14,926 nucleotides of DNA from an uncultured archaeon (GTDB lineage: Archaea > Asgardarchaeota > Lokiarchaeia > Sigyniarchaeales > SOKP01): positions 1 to 14,926 of the forward strand of contig CAYUTF010000082.1 in NCBI GenBank assembly GCA_964447495.1, read 5' to 3'. Positions 1-9,574 of the stretch are shown piece after piece. The notes below the pieces were generated by a model. It was not told the origin of the DNA. It searched no databases and worked only from the letters and a program-made list of their open reading frames with translations. A program made the translations under genes and the position numbers. Every line of letters starts with the position of its first letter. Within the stretch, counting starts at the first letter, position 1.

Positions 1-299
1 TTATTTTTTTGAGTTAAATTTTCAAGTTTTAAATCTAAATCTTTAACATTAATAGTATTAACGTGATAAATTCTATTCATATCTTGAGGTCTATTGAAAC
101 CTTTTTTCCCTAAAATCCAATCAGGATCTGGAAAACCTAAACGCATCTGCTTTAAGTAGTAGGATTTCATACTCTTCTTTAACTGAGTTGTTTTTCCTCT
201 CCCAGCTCTTTGCCCTGTTTTCCGATGCTGTCCGACCTTTCCATATCCAATTGTTCGGGTTCCTCTTTTCTTTTGTTTTTTACTTTTAAATTTTCTCAT
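1..299 (-). CDS. rpl15: 50S ribosomal protein uL15 (3' end outside window)
   Basis: Not in ORF track. Manual translation from ATG at 299: MRKFKSKKQKKRGTRTIGYGKVGQHRKTGQRAGRG...LGKKGFNRP...NTINVKDLD, which matches archaeal L15 motifs. SD-like AGGTGA upstream. Expected position after L30. Confidence 0.93.
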   Translation of the reverse strand, partial: MRKFKSKKQKKRGTRTIGYGKVGQHRKTGQRAGRGKTTQLKKSMKSYYLKQMRLGFPDPDWILGKKGFNRPQDMNRIYHVNTINVKDLDLKLENLTQKN

Positions 300-320
300 A
301 ATCTACGTTCACCTTTCTGT

Positions 321-857
321 TTAGAGCATTTTATGGATAAGTTCATTAATATAATTTTCAACATATCCCAGAGTTCCCCCTTCTTTGAAATGTTTTTTAA
401 TGTTTCCTAAATGACCTTTTTTAGGAGGATGTAATCTAAATACGGGTTTAATTTTGGAGATATCCTTTGATCTATATTGAACTTCTCCTTTAATTAATGC
501 TTTAGCAAGAGTTTTAATATCATTATATTTAGTTAAATTTTTAACTTGTTCATCTGTGAGTGGTTTATTCCCCTCAACTCTACCTCTAACTCGAAGGAGT
601 CTAATTAGTGTTTTCTCATCAATTTCTCCATAAGCAATATAATCTTTACATTTTTTAAGCATTCCAATATAACTTTCTTTACCCCAGATTAGAACACCAT
701 GATTTACTTTATGCATTCTGAGCATTTTAATTGTATCAAGAATTTTCCTGTTCATTCCAGGCGAACCTCTAATCCGAATTGCAAAGTATAAAACAGGAGG
801 CTTAATTTCTTTTACTTTTGATTTTTTTTTCATAATAATTTCATTTTCTGCCATCAT
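321..857 (-). CDS. rpl30: 50S ribosomal protein uL30 (long archaeal/eukaryotic L7 type)
   Basis: Motifs AIRIRG, YIAYGEID, FRLHPPKKG, GGTLGY...INELIHKML. Start more likely ATG 857 or 854 after SD-like GGTG than the GTG at 866. Confidence 0.95.
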   Translation of the reverse strand: MMAENEIIMKKKSKVKEIKPPVLYFAIRIRGSPGMNRKILDTIKMLRMHKVNHGVLIWGKESYIGMLKKCKDYIAYGEIDEKTLIRLLRVRGRVEGNKPLTDEQVKNLTKYNDIKTLAKALIKGEVQYRSKDISKIKPVFRLHPPKKGHLGNIKKHFKEGGTLGYVENYINELIHKML

Positions 858-873
858 ATACACCACTCATTTT

Positions 874-1488
874 TTATAAGTTGAAATTATATTTATGTGC
901 ATTTTTTAGAGCATTAACTGTCGCTTTAACTAAATTCTCACTAGTTCTTGTGTCTCCAAAGGTTTTACTCCAAATATCTTCTATTCCTGCTAATTTTAAT
1001 ACTTGCTTTACTTTATCCGCGCAAGCTAAGCCTACTCCTGCTGGTGCGGGAATAAGGCGAATCCTAACTGATCCACATTTACCTTCAACTTTAAACGGAA
1101 TACTATGTGTATGACCACATCCACATTCTCCACTACCACATCCTCTTAAAACTGGAATAACAGATAGTTTTGCTCTATCAATTGCTTTTCTTATGGCAGG
1201 TCCAACTTCTCGACTTTTTGCGGATCCAACTCCGATGAAACCATCTGCCCCAACAAGAACTACCGCCTTGAATTTCGATCTCTGACCGCTTGCAGTCATT
1301 TGTTGAACCATTTTTATGGTTACTACATCTTCTTTAAGTTGTGGCAAAAGTACATCAATGATTTCTTTTTCTTTAACAACTAAATTGTTAGCGAATATCT
1401 TATCTAAAGTGATTAATCCTTGTTGCACTAATTCACCAAGTTTTGTCCTTGGAACCCAAGTTTCTTCCATATTTCTACTTCGACTCAT
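874..1488 (-). CDS. rps5: 30S ribosomal protein uS5
   Basis: WVPRTKLGELV, GCGSGECGCG..HSIPFKVEGKCGSV, LIPAPAGVGL; position between L18 and L30. Confidence 0.97.
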   Translation of the reverse strand: MSRSRNMEETWVPRTKLGELVQQGLITLDKIFANNLVVKEKEIIDVLLPQLKEDVVTIKMVQQMTASGQRSKFKAVVLVGADGFIGVGSAKSREVGPAIRKAIDRAKLSVIPVLRGCGSGECGCGHTHSIPFKVEGKCGSVRIRLIPAPAGVGLACADKVKQVLKLAGIEDIWSKTFGDTRTSENLVKATVNALKNAHKYNFNL

Positions 1489-1503
1489 TTAAGCTCATCT
1501 TTT

Positions 1504-2097
1504 TTAAGCATTATTTTCAATAGTTTTTAATGTAGTTGAAAATAGTTGTCCCATTTTTAAGGGGTCTATCTTCTTCTTTTTTAAATATCCTGAGAATATT
1601 TGCTGATACTTTTCAGGATCTTCACTTTTCAAATATTTTGCATAATTCTCTATATGAGAACCATTAATTCTATCTTCAAAATTTTCTGGAAAAAATTCCT
1701 CCCGATATGGAATATCTATTCCTGCTTCTATTAATCCTTTAAATGCTGCTAAAACCCTATTGTGATGGTAAAAAATCCCTAAATCTAGTATTGCTTGCGT
1801 GATATTTTGTTTTTTAGCGCGTAATCCTGCTAGATAACCTGTTAAATATGCAGCAGGAATGTTTCCCGTGTTTGCTTTCCATCCAAAATTCTTAATTAAT
1901 TCTCTAGAAAAGGCAGAAACCAATATTTTATCTCCACCTGATTTTGATTCAATTAATTGAATAATAATATGGTTATTTGAAGCCCTAATAACGGCTCTTA
2001 TAGATTTTGATTTTAAAAGCTTTAACCTTCGATGATAATTTGTTTTTCCTTCGACTCTTCTTCGTAATGGTCTTCTATATCGTGGTCCTTTCGCCAT
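1504..2097 (-). CDS. rpl18: 50S ribosomal protein uL18
   Basis: MAKGPRYRRPLRRRVEGKTNYHRRLKLL, NIPAAYLTGYLAG, ILDLG. Confidence 0.97.
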   Translation of the reverse strand: MAKGPRYRRPLRRRVEGKTNYHRRLKLLKSKSIRAVIRASNNHIIIQLIESKSGGDKILVSAFSRELIKNFGWKANTGNIPAAYLTGYLAGLRAKKQNITQAILDLGIFYHHNRVLAAFKGLIEAGIDIPYREEFFPENFEDRINGSHIENYAKYLKSEDPEKYQQIFSGYLKKKKIDPLKMGQLFSTTLKTIENNA

Positions 2098-2099
2098 TT

Positions 2100-2555
2100 C
2101 TATCTTCCTCTTTTTAATAGTTCTTTTTCTTTTATATATCTATTCAATTGAGAGACACTATTGAACATTCCACCCTTTACGTTTTTATACAATTTTCTGT
2201 AATTTGCTACGGATATTTGTTTTCGATCTCTGAGCTTCTTTAATTCACGTCTTTGTGCACGAACTCTCCTCATCCATGCTTTTTTCTTAGGAGTTCTTGC
2301 TGTTTTTTTCCCTTTTCTTTTACCTAAACCTCTGGCAAGACCTCTTTTCTTTCTTTGATGACGTAAATTCTTCCTAAATTTTGATATGCCTTTCTTATAG
2401 TTTTTCTTAATTATCCCGTCTTTTACTAAACTACGAATATCTTCACGAGTAATCGCCATTTTTATTTCCTCTATTAAATATGGATCGAAAAAAACTCTAT
2501 TTTCTCCACATTTTAATATTTCGGCTGCCATCCTTCTCTGTGCTTTTAAACTCAT
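2100..2555 (-). CDS. rpl19e: 50S ribosomal protein eL19
   Basis: LKAQRRMAAEILKCGENRVFFDP, AITREDIR, GKRKGKKTAR, WMRRVRAQR. Confidence 0.97.
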   Translation of the reverse strand: MSLKAQRRMAAEILKCGENRVFFDPYLIEEIKMAITREDIRSLVKDGIIKKNYKKGISKFRKNLRHQRKKRGLARGLGKRKGKKTARTPKKKAWMRRVRAQRRELKKLRDRKQISVANYRKLYKNVKGGMFNSVSQLNRYIKEKELLKRGR

Positions 2556-2575
2556 TTTTAACCACTAAATCTTAA

Positions 2576-3067
2576 TTAATCATCTAAATCAAGAGAATCT
2601 TCTAAATCATCTGCATCTATGTATTCATCTTCTTCCAAATCTTCTAATGGTGATTTAATCATAGATTCAAGACTCTCTATTTCTTTTTGTGATATACCTA
2701 TATTAAGTATTTTAAATCCTCTATTTTGAGCATAATCAACTAAAAATATTCTTTTTCTTGTACCTAAATTACCAGAAATTTTAATTGCATGCTTTTTATT
2801 ATTCAATCCTTTAAGTTCATTTATTGAAGATACCCACACTTCTTCATATCCAGACGGGTGTAACCCTCTGACCTTTTTTGGGCTTCTATACCCTACAGTG
2901 GGAGATTTCACGCCAGATTTTTCCTTCATTCTTGTCTGGGAATCGATCCCTCTTGCCTTCCGCCAAGGATCCTTTACTCTTTTATATCTCCAAGATTCAA
3001 CTCGTCTAAATGCAGGCTTCTTCTTTTTCTTATTTTTTCTTATTTCCATTAATCTTTTCTGTTCCAT
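2576..3067 (-). CDS. rpl32e: 50S ribosomal protein eL32 with acidic C-terminal tail
   Basis: KPAFRRVESWRYKRV, WRKARGIDS, VGYRSPKKVRGLHPSGY. Confidence 0.96.
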   Translation of the reverse strand: MEQKRLMEIRKNKKKKKPAFRRVESWRYKRVKDPWRKARGIDSQTRMKEKSGVKSPTVGYRSPKKVRGLHPSGYEEVWVSSINELKGLNNKKHAIKISGNLGTRKRIFLVDYAQNRGFKILNIGISQKEIESLESMIKSPLEDLEEDEYIDADDLEDSLDLDD

Positions 3068-3084
3068 CGATGTTAAACCTCACT

Positions 3085-3663
3085 TTATTTTATTTGCCAA
3101 AGAATTTGATCTCCAGTTTGTATCCTATATAGGTAAATTCCATCTTGAAATACTCGCGGATCTTTTTTTCTAATTCTACAACATCTTTTAAGATTGGCAG
3201 CAGTTTGGCCCAACTCTTCTTTATCAGGACCAGTTAAAATTACATCGTCGCTTTCTATTTTTACTTCTACATTTTCTAAATAATTGGTGATCCTTGGAGC
3301 TCTCTCTCCTAAAAAGTTGACTACATGAAGTTCTTTCTTTTCAGGCTTGATTTCAACATTACATGGAAAGTGAGAATAACAAACTTTGCAGAAATAATGA
3401 TAGTTAGTCTGTACTCCAATTATTAAATTTTTTATGATATTTAAAATTGTATTTGCTAAAGCTAATGTTCCGCTTTTTGGAAAACTTGTTGAAATAATAA
3501 TTTTTTTATCTTTTAATGCTATAGAAATTCCCCTAGCATGAGAAAAGTCTTTTGTAATACTCCCATTTGGACCCTTAACAGTGACATGGTGATTTTCTGT
3601 TAAAATGACCACAACTCCTTCCGGAACGTCTAATTCTTCTTTAAAAAATGCTATTTTTACCAT
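3085..3663 (-). CDS. rpl6: 50S ribosomal protein uL6
   Basis: VTVKGPNG, YSHFP, NFLGERAPR, GQTAANL, KDPRVFQDGIY. Confidence 0.97.
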   Translation of the reverse strand: MVKIAFFKEELDVPEGVVVILTENHHVTVKGPNGSITKDFSHARGISIALKDKKIIISTSFPKSGTLALANTILNIIKNLIIGVQTNYHYFCKVCYSHFPCNVEIKPEKKELHVVNFLGERAPRITNYLENVEVKIESDDVILTGPDKEELGQTAANLKRCCRIRKKDPRVFQDGIYLYRIQTGDQILWQIK

Positions 3664-3684
3664 TTTATTCTACCATTGTAATTA

Positions 3685-4068
3685 TTAATATACATAACAT
3701 AAGGTTTGGCCACCAATATTCCTCTCTTCTGCTTCGTTCATAGACATAACCCCTTGATTAGTGGACATAATTATAATACCTAAACCTGGAGCAGGCAACA
3801 ATTTCCTTTCAAGAGCTTCAAATTGAGAGACGTAGTAACTATTTCTAATTAACCCTTTTGCTTCATTTATTTTTCCTAGAAGAGCAATTTTGAATTTACC
3901 TTGCCTTCCATCATCATATCTTTCAAATTCACCAACATATGCATTACTTTGTAGTATTCGCAGAACTCTCTGAAGTAAATTTGAGGCGGGGCTTATTATT
4001 ACCTCTTTCTTTCTTGCCATCTCAGCATTCTTCAACATATTCATGCTATCAGCAATTGTATTAGCCAT
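3685..4068 (-). CDS. rps8: 30S ribosomal protein uS8
   Basis: YVGEFERYDDGRQGKFKIALLGKIN, LPAPGLGIIIMSTNQGVMS, GGQTLCYVY. Confidence 0.96.
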   Translation of the reverse strand: MANTIADSMNMLKNAEMARKKEVIISPASNLLQRVLRILQSNAYVGEFERYDDGRQGKFKIALLGKINEAKGLIRNSYYVSQFEALERKLLPAPGLGIIIMSTNQGVMSMNEAEERNIGGQTLCYVY

Positions 4069-4153
4069 TTTTTATTATTCCTCTAACAAATTTTATTCTA
4101 CTTTTAATTCAATTCCTAATTTTTTATCGTAAGATTTTGAATATTTAATCTAA

Positions 4154-4303
4154 TTAATCAAACCTATGAAAGCCTATGTCTTTACCAATTTCATAAAAAC
4201 ATCTTCGACAGATATATAGCCCATATCTTCTAATAATACCTCTATGAGTTCCACACCTTCTGCAGACTCTCTGTCCTTTTCCTAAGTTTTTTCCTTGTGG
4301 CAT
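4154..4303 (-). CDS. rps14: 30S ribosomal protein uS14 (zinc-binding type), 49 aa
   Basis: Not in ORF track. Manual translation [49 protein letters not shown], with two CxxC pairs; canonical position between L5 and S8. Confidence 0.96.
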   Translation of the reverse strand: MPQGKNLGKGQRVCRRCGTHRGIIRRYGLYICRRCFYEIGKDIGFHRFD

Positions 4304-4321
4304 AATTTTCAACTTTTTTAA

Positions 4322-4915
4322 TTAAATGTAATCTAACTCTATTTTTTCTACAATATCAACTCCAAAATTCTTCCTGAGAAAATACTGAGCTTCATCACGA
4401 GATACATAATGATGCAATGGGACTTTAGTTTTTTTTATTCTACGATATCTTACTCTCATCCCTGGTCTTGTGATTCTTCCTACAACATTAAGTCCCCAGA
4501 TTCCAATCTCAGTTTCATAATCAATTCCTGGAATGGTTATATGTTCCGTTATTCCGAAACCAAAATTTCCAAAATTATCAAAACTTTTTCTTAAAATTTT
4601 GTTATTAGTCACAATCAGCAGCCTTTTCAATAATTTCTCTGCTTCTGCGCCTCTCACAGTTACCATAGTTCCAATTGGTCTACCTTTACGTAAATTAAAC
4701 TCTTTCACGTTTTTCTTAGAGAGGGTTTTGACTGGAGATTTACCTGATATGGTTTGTAATACCGTAAAAGCTCTTTCTAATTCTTCTCCTCCAGACCCAA
4801 CGCCAATATTTAAAACTATTTTCTCTAAATAAGGCTTCTTCATAGGATTTTTCCATATTTCAATATATTCTTTCTCTTGTAGCTTTAAAGCCTTTTTTTT
4901 AGCCTTAGTAGACAT
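4322..4915 (-). CDS. rpl5: 50S ribosomal protein uL5
   Basis: NPMKKPYLEKIVLNIGVG, FNLRKGRPIGTMVTVRG, SFDNFGNFGFGITEHI. Confidence 0.97.
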   Translation of the reverse strand: MSTKAKKKALKLQEKEYIEIWKNPMKKPYLEKIVLNIGVGSGGEELERAFTVLQTISGKSPVKTLSKKNVKEFNLRKGRPIGTMVTVRGAEAEKLLKRLLIVTNNKILRKSFDNFGNFGFGITEHITIPGIDYETEIGIWGLNVVGRITRPGMRVRYRRIKKTKVPLHHYVSRDEAQYFLRKNFGVDIVEKIELDYI

Positions 4916-4942
4916 TTCATCTTCACGTTTTATGTTATTTTA

Positions 4943-5695
4943 TTAATCTATATTGGGAATACTTATTTCGAACTGATCCTCTCCTATTATGAAAGTATAA
5001 TCATATAATGTCTCTGTGAGTTCAGAATTACGTTGTATAGAGACGGTACTAGCTTTAGGACCAAATCGTTTTAATACTTTTGTTATCTTTCCAACTTGTC
5101 CGATATTTTTACCAGACATAATAATTGCTAAATTTCCTTCCTTAAATCTCAAAGTTTTTAGAATTTCTTGCTCTGGAATGCTAATCTTTAAAACATCCAT
5201 ACGTTTATAGATATCTTCTTTAGGATTTTTTGGATCTTTAATATTTATTAATAAATTTCTACCATCATGTAAATTTAATTGAATATGCCCCCCCTTTATC
5301 GTCGTTTTTCCTGCAATTCTACATAATTTAAAATTACTCTCTTCTTCTGAAATCTTGTGTAGGATTAATCCATAGTGAGAATCTGGTAATATTCGATAAA
5401 ATTGATTTATATTTGATACACTAAGAACGTCCATTAATCCAACAGGGAATGCTGTATCTTTAATTACTTTTCCATCAACTTTGAAATATCCCTGACCGAT
5501 GAGCTTTTTTGCTTCTCGATGTGTATCGACTATTTTTAATAAATCTCTTACGATATGTAGTAAAGGTAAGCAGAATCGATTGGGATGTGGTCCTGGAGAT
5601 GGTTTAATAAAAAATGTTCCATGTTTCCTTTTAATTTGCAAGAACTTAGGGGTATTTAACCTTTTAAGAGATTTTGTTCCACCATGTCTCGTCAT
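4943..5695 (-). CDS. rps4e: 30S ribosomal protein eS4
   Basis: LKRLNTP, KPSPGPH, VDGKV..D..FPVGLMDV, GGHIQLNLHDGRN. Confidence 0.97.
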   Translation of the reverse strand: MTRHGGTKSLKRLNTPKFLQIKRKHGTFFIKPSPGPHPNRFCLPLLHIVRDLLKIVDTHREAKKLIGQGYFKVDGKVIKDTAFPVGLMDVLSVSNINQFYRILPDSHYGLILHKISEEESNFKLCRIAGKTTIKGGHIQLNLHDGRNLLINIKDPKNPKEDIYKRMDVLKISIPEQEILKTLRFKEGNLAIIMSGKNIGQVGKITKVLKRFGPKASTVSIQRNSELTETLYDYTFIIGEDQFEISIPNID

Positions 5696-6127
5696 TTATT
5701 TTTCAGCCTCTTCTTTTTGTTTTTTAGGACCCGTTAATAAATCTTCTTTAACTCCAAATAACGCTTTTCTTTCTATCAGACTTGCTCTCCATGGATCCAT
5801 CTTTTTTTCTTTTATAAATTTTGTGATAATAAGATTCGATATATGAATTGAGGGATTAAATTCAGTCCCATCTGATTTTTCAAATTTTGCCTCTTTGATT
5901 CTTGCTCTCTGATTTTTTGTGATTTCGATAACTTCTCCCTCAAAATCTTTGAATTCCCCTTTGATGATTCGCACATCATCACCTACCCTAAGTGGTAGAT
6001 TTTTTATTCCGTATTCTTCACGGACGAAATCAGCTACTCTTGTTGATAATAAATTTGATCTTTGATGATTTTTGTAATTAAACAATGCTTTTCTTTGCTT
6101 TCTTGGTTTTTTTGATTCAACTCTCAT
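5696..6127 (-). CDS. rpl24: 50S ribosomal protein uL24
   Basis: SKKPRKQRKALFN, LPLRVGDDVRIIKGEFK (KOW), IHISNLIITK. Confidence 0.96.
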   Translation of the reverse strand: MRVESKKPRKQRKALFNYKNHQRSNLLSTRVADFVREEYGIKNLPLRVGDDVRIIKGEFKDFEGEVIEITKNQRARIKEAKFEKSDGTEFNPSIHISNLIITKFIKEKKMDPWRASLIERKALFGVKEDLLTGPKKQKEEAEK

Positions 6128-6151
6128 ATTTCATTTCCTCTCTATTTATTT

Positions 6152-6577
6152 TTAAATTATTAATGATGATATTGAAGCTAACCTTGGAAATAGTTCAGCA
6201 GCTTCCCTACAAATAGGACCCCTTATTTCGGTACCTTTAGGTTCCCCTTCTTTGGTGATTAAAACACCAGCATTATCTTCAAAACACAAACGTGTTCCAT
6301 CAACACGTCTGTAGATCATTTTTTGTCTTACAATAACTGCTTTCATAATGGTACCGCGTAATTCAGGCTTGCCTTTTTTAACAGTGACAGAACAAACAGA
6401 ACCCACTGTAGCTTTTGGCAACCTATTTAAGCGCGTCTTAGAATGATCTACGTTAATAATTTCTGCGATTTTTGCTCCAGAATTATCAGTTATGAAAATT
6501 CTTGACCCATTTTGTAATCCATAACTAGTTCTTCCCGTGGCAAGGGTCTTTCGACCCAATTTTCTTCTTGTTCCCAT
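6152..6577 (-). CDS. rpl14: 50S ribosomal protein uL14
   Basis: DNSGAK, VTVKKGKPELR, FEDNAGV, KGTEIRGPICREAAE. Confidence 0.97.
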   Translation of the reverse strand: MGTRRKLGRKTLATGRTSYGLQNGSRIFITDNSGAKIAEIINVDHSKTRLNRLPKATVGSVCSVTVKKGKPELRGTIMKAVIVRQKMIYRRVDGTRLCFEDNAGVLITKEGEPKGTEIRGPICREAAELFPRLASISSLII

Positions 6578-6928
6578 TTAAATCGCACCGCTTACTATTT
6601 TTTCTAACACTATGAAAGCTTTAGTCTTGGAAAGTTTTCTACTTTCCCCTACTCTTACCAAATCTCCAACATAGATCTCATTTTTTAAACATTCAGGTAA
6701 ATGACATGAAAGGCGAGAATTCCTTCTCTCATATCGCTGGTATTTTCTAATAAATTGAACATAATCCTGTCTGATTACAACAGTATTTTTTGACTTTTTA
6801 CTTACCACTAAACCTTGAGTTATTTTGCCTCTTATTCTTGTAGATCCATGGAAAGGACAATCCTTATCATTACATTCTCTACTCTTAGGAGGACTTACTC
6901 CTGGAATACCAATATTACGAACACTCAT
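6578..6928 (-). CDS. rps17: 30S ribosomal protein uS17
   Basis: RNIGIPGV.PP, CNDKDCPFHG, KYQRYERR, GESRKLSKTKAF. Confidence 0.97.
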   Translation of the reverse strand: MSVRNIGIPGVSPPKSRECNDKDCPFHGSTRIRGKITQGLVVSKKSKNTVVIRQDYVQFIRKYQRYERRNSRLSCHLPECLKNEIYVGDLVRVGESRKLSKTKAFIVLEKIVSGAI

Positions 6929-6929
6929 T

Positions 6930-7223
6930 TTATTTCTTCAACCACTTTTTCTTTTTCAAACTTCTTAATCTATTTTCAGGTCGACCTACTATTTTTGACC
7001 CATCAAATTCTAATATATATTTATTAAGTTTAAGCCGAAAGATATATTCATTTTTAATATATTTTTTAATTTGATTTTCTTTCTGAATAACAACTAAATT
7101 TCTTGTTTCATCTATGATAGTACCTTCTAGTAAAAATTCTGTATCTTTAGGTTTTGATTTGTGTTTTAATAATACTTCAAACCCAATTAAATCATGATAA
7201 ATTAAATATTCTGGACTAATCAT
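6930..7223 (-). CDS. rnp1: Ribonuclease P protein component 1 (Rpp29/Pop4)
   Basis: HDLIG, GTIIDETRN, DGSKIVGRPENRL; canonical position between L29 and S17; ATGA overlap with the L29 stop. Confidence 0.93.
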   Translation of the reverse strand: MISPEYLIYHDLIGFEVLLKHKSKPKDTEFLLEGTIIDETRNLVVIQKENQIKKYIKNEYIFRLKLNKYILEFDGSKIVGRPENRLRSLKKKKWLKK

Positions 7224-7420
7224 CGCTTCTCCTCATTCTTTACTGTTAAAATTCGAGCTATTTGCTTTCTTAGTAATTTTGCTTTAGCAGGATTATCTGA
7301 AAGTCCGCCACCAGTTTGTTGACTATATAACATCATTAACTCTTCTCTTAATGTTATTAATGTTCTTTCTCTTTCTCTCTCATCCATTTCTCTAATTTTT
7401 TTTGCGGTAATTACATCCAT
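7220..7420 (-). CDS. rpl29: 50S ribosomal protein uL29
   Basis: AKKIREM...LREEL...NPAKAKLLRKQIARILTVKNE. Confidence 0.95.
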   Translation of the reverse strand: MDVITAKKIREMDERERERTLITLREELMMLYSQQTGGGLSDNPAKAKLLRKQIARILTVKNEEKR

Positions 7421-7442
7421 ATCATATCTCCCCTATTCATAT

Positions 7443-8216
7443 CTATTTTTCGATCTTTTCATTTTCTGGTTCTAATGATATTTCAGAGATATCTTCCTCA
7501 TCAACTTCATCAAGTATTTGTTTAGCTTCTTCAGTTATTTCTCGTTCTTCTTCCTCAATGATGTATTCTGCTCTGGTTTTTGCAGATTTCGCTTCAGCTT
7601 GAGCTTGAGCTTGGGATAATAACTCATAATTTATTTTAACCTCATCTCCCATTTTTACATCTGCATGCATAATTTTCACAATTATTCCTAATGTTCCACT
7701 TTTCTGAATACATTGAGCAATGCCTTTATCTACGCCTTCTTGTGCTGGTTGTCCACTCTTTGACATCGTGCCTGCTCTAAAAATCTGGGTTCTGGCTCTC
7801 TGTGATGTGACTTTTCCAGATATGATAATCTCGACACCTTTAGCACCCGCATCCATCACTTTTCTTAAAATGTAATATCCTGCCCTTCTGTAATGACGAC
7901 CGCGGTCTAATGAATACGCTAATCTTTCAGCCATAATCTGGGCATCTAAATCTGGATTAGCAACCTCTTCTACTTCTATTTGAGGAAGCTCTAAACCATA
8001 TCTTTCCTGTAGGATGTCAGTAATTTCTTGAATCCTTTTTCCCCCCTTTCCTATCACAAGTCCTGGACGACTTGTCTTTAAAGTAATCCTCACTCCAAGT
8101 GGGGTTTTTTGGATATCAACACCCGCAAATCCGGCTCTGACTAACTCTGAACGTAAGTATTCATTAATTTGCATTAGTTTTATACCTTGTTCGATAAAAT
8201 GTTTGGCTAGTGGCAT
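7443..8216 (-). CDS. rps3: 30S ribosomal protein uS3 with acidic C-terminal extension
   Basis: KH domain RPGLVIGKGGKRI, NPDLDAQIMAE, AGAKGVEIIISGK, GIIVKIM. Confidence 0.97.
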   Translation of the reverse strand: MPLAKHFIEQGIKLMQINEYLRSELVRAGFAGVDIQKTPLGVRITLKTSRPGLVIGKGGKRIQEITDILQERYGLELPQIEVEEVANPDLDAQIMAERLAYSLDRGRHYRRAGYYILRKVMDAGAKGVEIIISGKVTSQRARTQIFRAGTMSKSGQPAQEGVDKGIAQCIQKSGTLGIIVKIMHADVKMGDEVKINYELLSQAQAQAEAKSAKTRAEYIIEEEEREITEEAKQILDEVDEEDISEISLEPENEKIEK

Positions 8217-8270
8217 TTATTTCAACCTAATTTATGAATTTTTTAATTATACTATTTTATATTGATTAAT

Positions 8271-8750
8271 TTAACTTGGAACTTCATATATAACAATTTC
8301 AACATGACTTAAATGTCGGTATTTTGCTGAGGATCTTCCATGAGCGCGTTGAATATATCTTTTGATAATTCTTCCCCGATGAGTGGCGGCATGAATGATT
8401 CTACAGAGTTCAATATCTAATCCCTTATATTCTGCATTCGACTCTACCGCAGATAGCACCTCAAAAATACGAGCTGCAGCTTTTTGCGGATAACGTCCTG
8501 CATACCATTTAAATTGTTTTAAATCTTTTTTATGAGCTTGTTTTTTCTTGTGTCGTCTGTAGGGTACTGATTGGTTCATTTGAATAACTTTTTCTAAATA
8601 AGTTTTAGCTTGTTCTACTTTCATACCCTTAATTACCGCACAAATTTCTCGACAATCTTTTGGTTTAATTCTTAAATCCCTTCCTGATGCTTTCGCTATT
8701 CTATCAGCATCATATTTTTGCTCAATAAACGAATATCCCCAGTTTGGCAT
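8271..8750 (-). CDS. rpl22: 50S ribosomal protein uL22
   Basis: AKASGRDLRI, EICAVIKGM, GRYPQKAA, NAEYKGLD, RAHGRSS, HVEIV. Confidence 0.97.
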   Translation of the reverse strand: MPNWGYSFIEQKYDADRIAKASGRDLRIKPKDCREICAVIKGMKVEQAKTYLEKVIQMNQSVPYRRHKKKQAHKKDLKQFKWYAGRYPQKAAARIFEVLSAVESNAEYKGLDIELCRIIHAATHRGRIIKRYIQRAHGRSSAKYRHLSHVEIVIYEVPS

Positions 8751-8785
8751 TTATCATCATCTTGTTTTTATAATTATAATATTGA

Positions 8786-9340
8786 TTATTTTAATGGAAC
8801 ATATTTACTACTTCTTGTTGCTCCAATACCAGGAGAACCATGTTGTACACGTTTGCGTGTTAAAGAAAATTCACCTAAATAATGCCCAATCATCTCAGGC
8901 ATAATTTCTACTATCTCAAAACTTCTTCCGTTGTAAACTCCAATTTTTAATCCCACCATCTCCGGAAAGATAATCATATCTCTCACATGAGTTCGTGTGA
9001 GAAGATCTTTACCTCTTTTTTTTGCTCTGTAAGCCCGTCTTAACCTCTCGAGTAATTTCTTCTGTCTAGGTGGTAAACCTCTTCTTAAAGAACGTCGTGC
9101 TCTTGCTGGAAGTAATTGAATAAACTCATCCATATTCATCTTCTTTAAATCTTCTAATGTGAAACCCCGAAAATGGAATTTTAAGCGATCCCTTTCTTTA
9201 TCAAGATCGATTTCGTCTTCGATTTCCTCTTCTTCCTCTTCTTCAATTTCTTCCTCGATCTCTTTTTCTATCTCTTCGGTAGGTTCTTCAGATTCAGGTT
9301 TTTCTTGTTCATCCTCATTAGGTTCTTCATTCGGAGACAT
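8786..9340 (-). CDS. rps19: 30S ribosomal protein uS19 with ~45-aa acidic N-terminal extension
   Basis: [69 protein letters not shown]. Confidence 0.97.
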   Translation of the reverse strand: MSPNEEPNEDEQEKPESEEPTEEIEKEIEEEIEEEEEEEIEDEIDLDKERDRLKFHFRGFTLEDLKKMNMDEFIQLLPARARRSLRRGLPPRQKKLLERLRRAYRAKKRGKDLLTRTHVRDMIIFPEMVGLKIGVYNGRSFEIVEIMPEMIGHYLGEFSLTRKRVQHGSPGIGATRSSKYVPLK

Positions 9341-9574
9341 TTTTGCACCAATCTATTTGTTCCAATTAATATTTTATGTTATTTTTTTCGATTATATTTA
9401 TTACGTGTAATGATATTAGTCATCTATTAAATTTTAATTTTATTAAAACAAGAGAGGTGAAAACCATAAACTTTAAAAGGTTAGGTTATGAGGGTCAGAG
9501 ATTTACTAAAAGATCTCTTAATATCCAATTTTATCGTCTTAATTGACCAATCTTATCAATAGATTAAAACTCAG

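Noticed and set aside
9210-9300. TCT/TTC-rich low-complexity repeat
   Set aside because: Explained by Glu codons of the uS19 acidic extension, not an independent repeat element.
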